Source: an uncultured Rikenella sp.
GTDB lineage: Bacteria > Bacteroidota > Bacteroidia > Bacteroidales > VadinHA17
Length of the DNA stretch: 64,000 bases
NCBI GenBank assembly: GCA_964411345.1
Contig: CAYPKP010000001.1
Coordinates: 6,452 to 70,451, forward strand
Direction: 5' to 3'
Position numbers and translations under genes: made by a program. Shown here piece by piece: positions 19,790 to 28,573 of the stretch; positions within the stretch are counted from its first letter, which is position 1, and every line of letters starts with the position of its first letter. Below the pieces are notes generated by a model. The model was not told the DNA's origin. It saw only the letters and a list, made by a program, of their open reading frames with translations, and did no database searches.

Positions 19790-22700
19790 ATGGAAAAACC
19801 AACCCTGTTAAGTAAGTATCTAACCCTTATTGTTGCATTTCTTCTTATGTGCGGCATAGCCAACGCTCAGAATGTGACAGTTACGGGTACCGTTACCGGC
19901 TCTGATGACGGCTTGCCGCTCGGCGGAGTAACGGTGTTACAGAAAGGTACCACAAATGGTGTGGTATCAGGATCTGATGGAACCTATTCCATCACCGTAC
20001 CAATGAGTTCTACACTGGTATTTTCATTTCTAGGCATGGAATCGCAGGAGTTCGTGGTTGCAGACCAGCGTGTCATCAATGTTGTGATGTCATCTGTCAC
20101 TACCATGATGGACGAGATTGTGGTGACGGCCCTTGGCATCTCACGCGAGAAAAAGTCTCTGGGCTTTGCCGTGACGGAAGTCTCCGGTGATGAGGTGGCC
20201 ATGGTCAAAGACCTGAACATCACCAACAGTCTCTCAGGAAGGGTCTCCGGCGTCGTTGTGACTCAGGGAGCCTTCGGCCCCGGCAGCAGTTCCCGTGTAA
20301 TCATCCGCGGCAACAACTCAATCACAGGCAACAACCAGCCCCTCTATGTGGTTGACGGTGTTCCAATTGACAACTCCGGTTACGGAACTGCCTCTCAAGC
20401 CAACACGGGAGAATACTCCAAGTCGGACTTTGGTTCCGGTGTATCTGACCTGAACCCTGATGACATCGAATCGATGTCGGTACTCAAGGGGCCCAATGCG
20501 GCAGCTCTTTACGGTTCACGTGCAGCCAACGGTGTGATACTTATCACAACCAAAAAGGGTACCCGCAACAGGGGCCTGGGTGTAACCTACACCGGCAACT
20601 TCACCTTTGAGACGCCCATGATACTGCCACAGTACCAGAATGAGTACGGCCAGGGAACCGGCGGGAACATAACAACCATTTATGATGAGCTCAGGACCAC
20701 CGGCGGATCATGGGGCGCGAGGCTTGACGATTCGCCCCAGCTCTATTACAACGGTGAGACCAGACCTTATTCACCCCTGCCTGACAATGTCAGGAACTTC
20801 TTTGAAACAGGTTCGACGCTTGTCAATACCCTTGCCCTTGACGGCGGAACCGAAAAGGCAGCAATAAGGTTTTCCTACACGAACACAGCTGCTGACGCCA
20901 TCGTCCCCGGCTCAAAGCTCGGACGTCACAACTTCAACCTCAGGGGTACGGCAGATCTGACCGACAAGCTTAATATCGACGCCAAGGTCACCTATTTCGT
21001 GCAGGAAGGGAACAACCGCCCGATACTTGGTACCGAAGGTGTGCTGGCTTATGTTTATAATACCCCGCGAAACGTCGACTTTGAAGATCTGAAAGACTAC
21101 CAGAATCCGGCCGACTACAGTGTCAAGGCTGTCACCAACGGTTCGGGCAACCCGTACTGGTATCTCCTGCATGACAGGAACGACGACTTCAGGGACCGCG
21201 TACAGGGCTTTGCCAAGGCTACCTACAAGTTTACGGACTGGCTATCTGCATTTGTTCGTATAGGTACTGATGTTGTGAATGAGAAACTTGAATCGGTATC
21301 AAATGTTGGCCACTGGTACTTCCCCGCAGGCCGTCTGAATTTCAGCAAGACGAGATCTTCGGAGACGAACCTCGACGCACTTCTTATGTTCAGCAAGTCA
21401 CTTGCACCAAAGCTCCAGCTTGATGCAAACGTCGGCGTCAACCACATGTACCAGACATATGAGGCTCAGGGTGTCTATGCAGAGAACTTCAAGATACCAA
21501 CCAAGGCCACGCTTGAGAGTGCTGCAAATACGATTCCCTCATATACACCGATGAGAGAAAAGATAATCAACTCTGTGTACGGATCGGCAGTTCTTTCATA
21601 TGACAACTTCCTCTTCCTTGAGGCAACTGCAAGGAATGACTGGTCATCATCACTCGCACCCGGCTACTGGTCATACTTCTATCCTTCTCTGAGCGGTTCA
21701 GTACTGATAAGTGAACTGTTCGACTTCCCCGTTATGGACTATGGCAAGTTACGTGTCAGCTGGGCCAGGGTGGGATCGGATACCAGCCCCTACCTGCTCG
21801 ACAATGCTTATGATATGGCTTCATCAGCAGGCAGTTACCTTGGTCTTACGATCCTTACGCGACCCTCTACAAGGTATAATCCCTTCCTCAAGCCGGAGCA
21901 GACAAGCTCGATTGAGTTCGGTGGCGAGTTCAGGTTCTTCAAGAACAGGTTGTTTACAGACCTTTCATATTATAATATCAAGTCGTACAACCTGATAATG
22001 AACGTGCCGATTCCTGCAGCCACAGGTTATACCACTGAGCATACCAACGTCGGTGAGATCACCAACAAGGGCTTCGAGATACTGCTGGGTGGCATTCCTG
22101 TTTCCACAAACGGATTCACCTGGGAGGTGTCAATGAACATGTCCAAGAACAACAACAAGCTCGAGGAGCTTATCGAAGGACTTGACAGCTATACATTCTC
22201 GACGACCAACAGCGGCGTGGTACTTGTCCAGGCAACCGTCGGTGGCGGCTACGGCGATATCTATGCCACAACCTACAAGAGAAATGAAAACGGGGATGTG
22301 ATTGTCAATGCTGCCGGAACGTTCATTGTGGGCGACCGGGAGCTTGTTGGCAACTACCAGCCCGACTGGATAGGAGGGCTCACAAACGTCTTCTCATACA
22401 AAAACCTCTCTCTGAGGATGCTGATAGATGCCCGCATTGGAGGCCAGATCTACTCGGGTACCGATGCTGCCCTGGATGCTTCGGGTACCTCGGTACGGAC
22501 ACTCGACTACAGGGAGGGAGGAATAGTAATAGATGGCGTTGTCAATACAGGAACCGCAGAGGCTCCCGTATGGAGTCCGAATACTGTGAATATCACTGCC
22601 CAGCAATACTGGGGAGCATATTCCGGTATCGGGGAGAACTATGTATATGATCAGACAAACGTCAGGCTCAGGGAGATATCACTCTCCTACACCCTGCCGT

Positions 22701-22897
22701 CCTCTCTCATGAGCAGGACCTTCATCAGGGGAGCATCGATAGGCATTACAGGACGAAACCTCCTGTTTTTCTATAATGCAATGGAAAACTTCGATCCCGA
22801 AACAAGTTACAGTGTTAGTAACTACTCTCAGGGTCTGATGTATTATACCCTGCCGACAACCAGGAGTCTGGGTCTGAATCTGAGACTTACATTCTAA
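19790..22897 (+). CDS. SusC/RagA-family TonB-dependent outer-membrane transporter
   Basis: N-terminal CarboxypepD_reg-like VTVTGTVTGSDDGLPLGGVTV, plug region DEIVVTALGISREKKSLGFAV and GPNAAALYGSRAANGVILITTKKG, C-terminal beta-strand ending LRLTF. ATG at 19790 (MEKPTLL...). Confidence 0.9.
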   Translation: MEKPTLLSKYLTLIVAFLLMCGIANAQNVTVTGTVTGSDDGLPLGGVTVLQKGTTNGVVSGSDGTYSITVPMSSTLVFSFLGMESQEFVVADQRVINVVMSSVTTMMDEIVVTALGISREKKSLGFAVTEVSGDEVAMVKDLNITNSLSGRVSGVVVTQGAFGPGSSSRVIIRGNNSITGNNQPLYVVDGVPIDNSGYGTASQANTGEYSKSDFGSGVSDLNPDDIESMSVLKGPNAAALYGSRAANGVILITTKKGTRNRGLGVTYTGNFTFETPMILPQYQNEYGQGTGGNITTIYDELRTTGGSWGARLDDSPQLYYNGETRPYSPLPDNVRNFFETGSTLVNTLALDGGTEKAAIRFSYTNTAADAIVPGSKLGRHNFNLRGTADLTDKLNIDAKVTYFVQEGNNRPILGTEGVLAYVYNTPRNVDFEDLKDYQNPADYSVKAVTNGSGNPYWYLLHDRNDDFRDRVQGFAKATYKFTDWLSAFVRIGTDVVNEKLESVSNVGHWYFPAGRLNFSKTRSSETNLDALLMFSKSLAPKLQLDANVGVNHMYQTYEAQGVYAENFKIPTKATLESAANTIPSYTPMREKIINSVYGSAVLSYDNFLFLEATARNDWSSSLAPGYWSYFYPSLSGSVLISELFDFPVMDYGKLRVSWARVGSDTSPYLLDNAYDMASSAGSYLGLTILTRPSTRYNPFLKPEQTSSIEFGGEFRFFKNRLFTDLSYYNIKSYNLIMNVPIPAATGYTTEHTNVGEITNKGFEILLGGIPVSTNGFTWEVSMNMSKNNNKLEELIEGLDSYTFSTTNSGVVLVQATVGGGYGDIYATTYKRNENGDVIVNAAGTFIVGDRELVGNYQPDWIGGLTNVFSYKNLSLRMLIDARIGGQIYSGTDAALDASGTSVRTLDYREGGIVIDGVVNTGTAEAPVWSPNTVNITAQQYWGAYSGIGENYVYDQTNVRLREISLSYTLPSSLMSRTFIRGASIGITGRNLLFFYNAMENFDPETSYSVSNYSQGLMYYTLPTTRSLGLNLRLTF

Positions 22898-22915
22898 CAA
22901 TTAAAAGTTAAGACT

Positions 22916-24610
22916 ATGAAACCATACAAAATTATATTGCCGCTCATATTCTTGCTGGCTCTGGTTGGTTGTACCAAGAACTTTGAGGATATCAACAAGG
23001 ATCCCAATGCAATAACAGCAGACGAAGCCAGTGCAAGGTACTTCATCACTGTACCTCAGTTCAAGCTCTTTGCCCCTGACAGGTACCCCTACTGGAGGAT
23101 TCACCTGATTCACTGTGACCGTTTTGCCGGCCAGTTCCTGTTCGGGCACAATTACTCATGGTGGAATGACGGCCTTGGCTATTCCTACAACTCGGCCTAT
23201 ACTGATGCAGGATGGGACTTCCTTGCCGGTTACTTCGGCCAGCTCGACAACTTCCTCAAGCTGACAGCTCCGGGGGGTGATTTTGAGAATGAGTACATGT
23301 ATGCCGTGGGTCTCATCATGAAAGGTATGTATTATCAGATGTACACCGATGTGTTTGGCGAGATACCCTATTCCGAAGCCGGTGACCCGGATATCCTGCT
23401 GCCGAAGTTTGATACCCAGATGGATATTTACAAGGGCATCATTGCCGACCTCGATGCTGCCATGGCCACCATCGGCAGTGCAACGAGAACAGGCGACGGA
23501 GTAGACGACCTGGGTGTCAATGACATCTACTGCCAGGGTGACCTGCAGCAATGGAAGAGGATGGCCAATACCCTGAAGCTCAGGATTGCCATGAGGGCTC
23601 TGGGTGCTCCGGGGAATGACTTTTCAACCAATGCCATCGCCCAGGCTCTCGGTGCTCCCCTGTTGTCCGGAGCTTCTGACAACATACTTATGGAAAAGGA
23701 TAATGTCATTTCCCAGTGGACCTCTGCAGCCTACAGCGATGTATGGCAGAACTTCGGTGATGCAGCAGGGTGGACTCTCGGCAAGGAGCTCGTTGATTAC
23801 ATGAGGGATAATAACGACCCGAGGCTTCCCAAATATGCCAAACCGGCCAAGGGAGGCACATTCACCTTTGTCCGTCCGGCTTCCGGCAGTGATTATGACC
23901 TCTTTCCGAAACGTGTTGACTACATGGAGCAGGTACTGACAGACGCCGGAGCTGTAGTGACCAGGGTTGACAATGGTGACCAGGTGACTATGGGTATAGA
24001 GGCCAACAAATATTACATCGGCCAGCCTGTAAGACTCAACGGCTTCATCAAACCACTTGTAAGGATGGAGTTCTTCTGTACTCCTGCCGACGAGATCTAT
24101 GCCAAGAAGGGAACAGGCCAGAAGATCAGGGAGGAACTGGTGATGTCAAGCGCTGAGGCTTCATTCCTCAAGGCAGAGGCTATCGTCCGCGGACTTACAG
24201 GCGGTAATGCACAGGCTGAATTCGAGGCTGGCATAACCTCAGCCATGAAGCTCTGGGGTGTTGCTGACGGGGCCATAGCCACCTATATCGCTGATGAAGA
24301 TCTCGCTGACATAACAGGAGGGACCACCGACGAGAAGCTGGAGAAGATAGCGGTTCAGAGATGGATAGCAGCCTACACCGACGGATTTGAAGCATGGGCC
24401 ATCGTACGCAAGACAGGCTATCCGGCCTCACTGGCAGCGGGTGTTGCCGACTTCGACATATATGCCCCCGGCGACATCAACGGTGTTTATCCTGAAAGGC
24501 TGAAATACGGCACCAGTGCCTATAGCCAGAACGGTGCCAACCTGAATATAGCCATCGGCAGACAGGGACCCGACGATATGGATACAAAGCTCTGGTTCTC
24601 CAAGCCCTAG
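22916..24610 (+). CDS. SusD/RagB-family nutrient-binding lipoprotein
   Basis: 564 aa, 18 nt downstream of the SusC-like gene. Lipoprotein signal FLLALVGC. Size and Trp/Tyr-rich helical composition are typical of this family. Confidence 0.85.
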   Translation: MKPYKIILPLIFLLALVGCTKNFEDINKDPNAITADEASARYFITVPQFKLFAPDRYPYWRIHLIHCDRFAGQFLFGHNYSWWNDGLGYSYNSAYTDAGWDFLAGYFGQLDNFLKLTAPGGDFENEYMYAVGLIMKGMYYQMYTDVFGEIPYSEAGDPDILLPKFDTQMDIYKGIIADLDAAMATIGSATRTGDGVDDLGVNDIYCQGDLQQWKRMANTLKLRIAMRALGAPGNDFSTNAIAQALGAPLLSGASDNILMEKDNVISQWTSAAYSDVWQNFGDAAGWTLGKELVDYMRDNNDPRLPKYAKPAKGGTFTFVRPASGSDYDLFPKRVDYMEQVLTDAGAVVTRVDNGDQVTMGIEANKYYIGQPVRLNGFIKPLVRMEFFCTPADEIYAKKGTGQKIREELVMSSAEASFLKAEAIVRGLTGGNAQAEFEAGITSAMKLWGVADGAIATYIADEDLADITGGTTDEKLEKIAVQRWIAAYTDGFEAWAIVRKTGYPASLAAGVADFDIYAPGDINGVYPERLKYGTSAYSQNGANLNIAIGRQGPDDMDTKLWFSKP

Positions 24611-24639
24611 GAGATCACAGCATGCCTTGCAATTACACT

Positions 24640-24676
24640 TACTGCCCGGCGCCTTGTGCACCGGGCAGTATTTTTT
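24640..24676 (+). terminator. Rho-independent terminator after the SusD-like gene
   Basis: 10-bp stem TACTGCCCGG / CCGGGCAGTA with an 11-nt loop, followed by TTTTTT. Confidence 0.65.
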
Positions 24677-25551
24677 CAGTATGTTCTGGTCATGGTTTCC
24701 GGAACGGCGATGATGAAATCGGCAAGTCCCGTGTTGTCAGGATGAAGCGTCTCTATCTCATCCTGGAGAACGGTGGTGACGGTAGCAACCCTGATGCCGG
24801 GACTGTAAAGCCTGAGATAGTAAATGATGCCCTGGTAATTGTCCGAGTGGTAAGCCCCGTTGTAGTGTATAAATGTCTGTCCCTGGCTGAGATTGCTGAT
24901 GATAAAGTGCGCCATGGTGGCATCCTTCGCTGCCTGCGCCTTGGGGAAGTTCTCGTTGGGCTTGCCGCCCATCCCCGGCATGCCGTGCATTGACATCATA
25001 TCCTTGTAGCACTTCAGTTCCGGATCATAAGGCATCGGAAGCGGAGCAATCAGGCTCTTTGCTTCTGCAGTGAGGCTGTCAAGCACCTCAAATCCGCCCC
25101 GTGACACCATGGAGGCATACCTCCTGGGTATATTCGTTGCAATAAAGGGGAGGCCGTTCTTTTTCGCAAATTCCACAAGCGGCCTGTAGTCGGTCCTGTA
25201 GTTTTTCCAGAGCTTGACTTCCGCCTCAAACTTGTCAGCCTCGTACCGTCCTGAGAGATATTCATCAAGCACCAGCTGATCATCGGCTTCGAACATCTCT
25301 GCCCCAAGAACAAGGCCGTTGCCGGCTTTCCTGTGGAGGTCCGCGGTGACCTCATATTCCAGCCAGTGTGAAATGGGATTGTCATGGAGCTCTCCGAAAA
25401 AGACAACGTCAGCAGAGCTGATGATTTCGATCATCTCCTGGTAGCCTGCAGCCTTTCCTTCACGGTCGTACAGCAGGTATGCCGGTTTGTCCGATCTGAA
25501 GGAGAGCAGTACAAGAGAGAGGGTGATGAGAAAAAGTGATGATGTTTTCAT
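24676..25551 (-). CDS. ChaN-family (DUF399, haem-binding uptake/Tiki-like) lipoprotein
   Basis: 291 aa with a signal peptide. DVVFFGELHDNPISHW and FIHYNGAYHSD are the characteristic ChaN motifs. Confidence 0.7.
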   Translation of the reverse strand: MKTSSLFLITLSLVLLSFRSDKPAYLLYDREGKAAGYQEMIEIISSADVVFFGELHDNPISHWLEYEVTADLHRKAGNGLVLGAEMFEADDQLVLDEYLSGRYEADKFEAEVKLWKNYRTDYRPLVEFAKKNGLPFIATNIPRRYASMVSRGGFEVLDSLTAEAKSLIAPLPMPYDPELKCYKDMMSMHGMPGMGGKPNENFPKAQAAKDATMAHFIISNLSQGQTFIHYNGAYHSDNYQGIIYYLRLYSPGIRVATVTTVLQDEIETLHPDNTGLADFIIAVPETMTRTY

Positions 25552-25623
25552 GTTTCCGGGTATTGATCCTTTGCAACTGAATACAAATTAAATCAATAAT
25601 TGTTCTTCCCGGCCCGATGGTTG

Positions 25624-26568
25624 CTATTTGTTACTGTACGCAGTAAGTATGGCCTTCACATTGTAGTCCTTGGTGTAGTAGAAAGCCGATCTGCCCTGGT
25701 TGTCCTTGATGAGAGGGTCGGCCCCGTTTTCGAGAAGCATATTCACCACCTTGCAGTGCCCCCGTGAGGCTGCTGCAAACAGGGCTGTGGCACCCGTTCC
25801 TGTCTGCAGGTCGACCCGTGCGCCCTGATCAAGAAGCATGCTGACGATGTCACTGTTACCCTTCAGGGCTGCCAGGATCAGTGGGCTGTTACCGTTTGCC
25901 GTCTGCAAATCCACTCTCGCACCGCGGTCGAGCAACAGCTTTACAATCCCGGCCTGACCCTCCTGCGCGGCCAGTATAAGGGCAGTGGCACCGTTGCTGT
26001 CCTGCAGGTTTACTTCGGCTCCCCTCTCCAGCAAGGTTCTGACGACATCACCATACCCGTTCTGCGCCGCCATGATCAGTGCCGTGGATCCGTTGCTGTC
26101 ACGCCGGTCAGTGTCGGCTCCCATGTCGGTCAGCAGAGTGACGATCTCACCGTATCCGTAGAGTGAGGCTACTGTCAGCGGGGTTGCACCGTTATCAGGG
26201 GCAAGGTTCACCGCAGCACCCCCCTCGAGCAGCAGTCTCACAACATTGGCATGTCCGTTCTGTGCTGCCATGTAGAGGGCTGTGGTGCCGTTGGCAGTAC
26301 GAAGGTCAGGGTCGGCGCCCCTGGTGAGCAATGCCCTGCAGACATCCGCTGCACCAATCTCCGAGGCACACATGAGAAGGCTCGCCCCATACTTGTTGCA
26401 GTAGTTGACATCATCAATGCCCTGTGCAATCACCAGCGCGGTTTTCAGATCTTTGCATCCGAGGGCATCGTACAGTCTCTTCGGTGAGCCTTTGGTCTGG
26501 GCTCCGGCAGGCATCAGGAATAACAACAGCATTGCGGCAACGGATGCCGCAGGGACGAATGTTTTCAT
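25624..26568 (-). CDS. Secreted ankyrin-repeat protein (about 8 ANK repeats)
   Basis: 33-aa periodicity of G.TAL..AA..G....V..LL..GA.V.. throughout. The ATG at 26568 gives signal peptide MKTFVPAASVAAMLLLFLMPAGAQ. The longer track ORF (to 26748) adds a non-signal extension. Confidence 0.85.
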   Translation of the reverse strand: MKTFVPAASVAAMLLLFLMPAGAQTKGSPKRLYDALGCKDLKTALVIAQGIDDVNYCNKYGASLLMCASEIGAADVCRALLTRGADPDLRTANGTTALYMAAQNGHANVVRLLLEGGAAVNLAPDNGATPLTVASLYGYGEIVTLLTDMGADTDRRDSNGSTALIMAAQNGYGDVVRTLLERGAEVNLQDSNGATALILAAQEGQAGIVKLLLDRGARVDLQTANGNSPLILAALKGNSDIVSMLLDQGARVDLQTGTGATALFAAASRGHCKVVNMLLENGADPLIKDNQGRSAFYYTKDYNVKAILTAYSNK

Positions 26569-26784
26569 TTGACCGCTCTGAAATATTGAAATTAAAATTA
26601 CAGTGTCAGTCGTTGGCTGACAAGTCATTTTTGACCTTCCGGCCGCCCGTGGTGATGAAAAGACTGTTTTTAAAGATATTGAGAGGCCTGTTATCGAACA
26701 AAAATGCAATTCGTCCGTATAAACCTGTTGATTGGATCTTATTGTCACAGTTGAATTATCGTCAAAACCTGAACCGTGTAAATC

Positions 26785-27174
26785 ATGAAAAAGGTTTTAT
26801 TGCTTCTGATCGTTATGCTTATCGGCCTCGATGCTTTTTCGCAGACATACAGGAGCCGGTCAGCCACCATAAGAAAGGACGGTTTTGAGATAGACCGCAC
26901 AGAACGGTCGATATATATCAGCGAAAGGGAGATAACGATCTCCAACTACCTGAACGGCAACACCAGCCCGCTTGTGCTGAGTGTATACCTGATAGAGGAG
27001 AAGGAGGACAGGTTTGACGGCATCTGCAAGCATTACTACTGTACCGTGAAGAATAACGAGCAGTTAAGTCCCTGCCGCAAGATCGTCGTCATCCGGAGGC
27101 CGTACTCCATCACCCTGGAGCTATTCCTGGCAGACAACAACAAGTACGTACACGACCTGGAGATAAACGGGTAG
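26785..27174 (+). CDS. Small secreted hypothetical protein
   Basis: 129 aa with signal peptide MKKVLLLLIVMLIGLDAFSQ. No recognisable domain. Confidence 0.5.
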   Translation: MKKVLLLLIVMLIGLDAFSQTYRSRSATIRKDGFEIDRTERSIYISEREITISNYLNGNTSPLVLSVYLIEEKEDRFDGICKHYYCTVKNNEQLSPCRKIVVIRRPYSITLELFLADNNKYVHDLEING

Positions 27175-27177
27175 GGA

Positions 27178-27246
27178 GAAGCAAGCTTCAGAGGTTCCTT
27201 CAAAATAAAAAACCCCGCTGACGCGGGGCTGCTCTTTGTGATCCCG
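27178..27246. repeat. 69-bp direct repeat, copy A (terminator plus last 8 nt of the tRNA-Arg 3' end)
   Basis: gaagcaagcttcagaggttccttcaaaataaaaaaccccgctgacgcggggctgctctttgtgatcccg. Identical to 27349-27417 by eye (69/69). Confidence 0.85.
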
Positions 27247-27348
27247 GCGGGATTACGCCTCCTGCGTCGGCGTGATCCATGAAGGGGGGCTCCGGACAAA
27301 GAGCAGCCGCCTCCGGCGTTCATCTTTTTATTCCTCAGGACCCTCTTT

Positions 27349-27417
27349 GAAGCAAGCTTCAGAGGTTCCTTCAAAATAAAAAACCCCGCTGACGCGGGGC
27401 TGCTCTTTGTGATCCCG
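27349..27417. repeat. 69-bp direct repeat, copy B (overlaps the genuine tRNA-Arg 3' end)
   Basis: Same 69-mer, 171 bp to the right of copy A. Its last 8 nt (27410-27417) are the discriminator base and 3' acceptor strand of the tRNA. Confidence 0.85.
27373..27399 (-). terminator. Rho-independent terminator of tRNA-Arg
   Basis: Minus strand reads CCCCGC-GTCA-GCGGGG followed by TTTTTTATTTT, starting 10 nt after the tRNA 3' end. An identical copy lies at 27202-27228. Confidence 0.65.
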
Positions 27418-27483
27418 ACAGGATTCAAACCTGTAACCTTCTGATCCGTAGTCAGATGCTCTATTCAGTTAAGCTACGGGACC
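27410..27483 (-). tRNA. tRNA-Arg (anticodon ACG)
   Basis: GGTCCCG-TA-GCTT-AACTGAATA-GAGC-A-TCTGA-CTACGGA-TCAGA-AGGTT-ACAGG-TTTGAAT-CCTGT-CGGGATC-A. Full cloverleaf of 74 nt, CCA not encoded. Confidence 0.9.
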
Positions 27484-27630
27484 GTTTGCGGTGCAAATAT
27501 ATAACAATTTCCTTATAGCTATTCACTAAAAATCGCTTTATCCCCGCATCTGTTGAATATGAAATCCTGCCTGATGTTAAGAGTACAATGAGGCAGCAGA
27601 TTTGAAATTACGACTATTTACCACCTTTTA

Positions 27631-27644
27631 TGAGCATATGTTCA
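27631..27644. promoter_or_regulatory. Candidate operator: TGAGCATATGTTCA (GAGC/GAAC-N4-GTTC dyad)
   Basis: 13/14 palindrome 51 nt upstream of the DUF89 ATG. A further half-site TGAACA lies at 27659-27664. The near-identical perfect palindrome is at 31823-31836. Confidence 0.35.
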
Positions 27645-27694
27645 TTATATTTGCATATTGAACAGCAGCTCGCTGCACTCACTGTCAGACCGGG

Positions 27695-28567
27695 ATGATA
27701 TCCGACTACCGCTGCATATACTGCCTGATGAAGTCTTACGGGAACAGGCTTGAGAAAGCCAATATTCCTGTGACTGCAAAGGAGCATTTCACACGTGGCA
27801 TGCTGGGGATACTGAATGATAAGTGGTACGGCATCTCGGCGCCCGACTGCGCCCGTGACATTCAGAGTCTCTACAGGTCTGTGATAAACGACCCCGATCC
27901 TTTCCTGGAGATCAAGCGTGAGAGCAATGACGCCGTGCTCGGGATGTACGGCGAGCTTGAGAAGATAGTGCAGAGCTCTCCGGATCCCTTCCTGACAGCC
28001 GTCAGGCTGGCAATAGCAGGTAATATCATTGACTTTGCCGTGCATGATCACTGTGACCTGCACGGAACGATGGACCAGGTTCTTACTTCTGACTTCGCCA
28101 TTGACCATTCCGGTCCTATGCGGGAAGATCTGAGCAGGGCGCGGAAGGTACTCTATATAGGTGACAACGCCGGGGAGATCGTTTTTGACAAGCTGCTGGT
28201 AAGCGAAATGTCACATCCCGGCCTCACCTTCTCAGTAAGAGGGGCCCCGGCAATAAATGACGCCACCATGGAGGATGCCGAGTACGTCGGGATGACGGGG
28301 ATCGCGAGGGTGATCTCGAGCGGATATGACGCTCCAACAACGGTGCTGTCAAGATCAGGCGACGATTTTCGCAGGTGCTATGAGGAGGCAGATCTTATTA
28401 TCTCCAAGGGGCAGGGCAACCTTGAGGGACTGATAGGGGAGCATGACCGCCGGATATATTTTCTGCTCATGGTCAAGTGCGACGTCATTGCCGAATACCT
28501 GGGTGTCAGGAAAGGCAGCTGCGTGGTTTACAATGACGTGATTGCAAAAACGGAAAACAGCAAATAG
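27695..28567 (+). CDS. DUF89 / ARMT1-type damage-control phosphatase family protein
   Basis: 290 aa. YIGDNAGEIVFDKLL and ISKGQGNLEGL are the metal-binding DUF89 signatures. Confidence 0.8.
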   Translation: MISDYRCIYCLMKSYGNRLEKANIPVTAKEHFTRGMLGILNDKWYGISAPDCARDIQSLYRSVINDPDPFLEIKRESNDAVLGMYGELEKIVQSSPDPFLTAVRLAIAGNIIDFAVHDHCDLHGTMDQVLTSDFAIDHSGPMREDLSRARKVLYIGDNAGEIVFDKLLVSEMSHPGLTFSVRGAPAINDATMEDAEYVGMTGIARVISSGYDAPTTVLSRSGDDFRRCYEEADLIISKGQGNLEGLIGEHDRRIYFLLMVKCDVIAEYLGVRKGSCVVYNDVIAKTENSK

Positions 28568-28573
28568 AGAATC

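Noticed and set aside
25624-26748. Long N-terminal extensions in the ORF track (for example ankyrin to 26748, pyrB to 60332, TauE to 61865, C69 to 47421, M23 to 51069, rny from 51903, fnr-like to 42172)
   Set aside because: The extensions begin at TTG/GTG or distant ATG codons, lack signal-peptide or conserved character, and sometimes overlap neighbouring genes. Internal ATGs give canonical N-termini or signal peptides, so I used trimmed coordinates.
27178-27417. Possible CRISPR array or full integrated island bounded by att sites
   Set aside because: There are only two repeat copies, each 69 bp and containing a terminator and a tRNA fragment, and no cas genes. The copies are only 171 bp apart and no integrase or mobility gene lies within 64 kb, so at most this is a scar, which I report as a finding.
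27036-27428. 130-aa minus-strand ORF spanning the tRNA end and both 69-bp repeats
   Set aside because: It starts inside the tRNA-Arg gene at a TTG, reads through two terminator hairpins, and owes its internal repeat (GITKSSPASAGFFILKEPLKLAS twice) simply to the DNA duplication. It also overlaps the end of the 129-aa gene.
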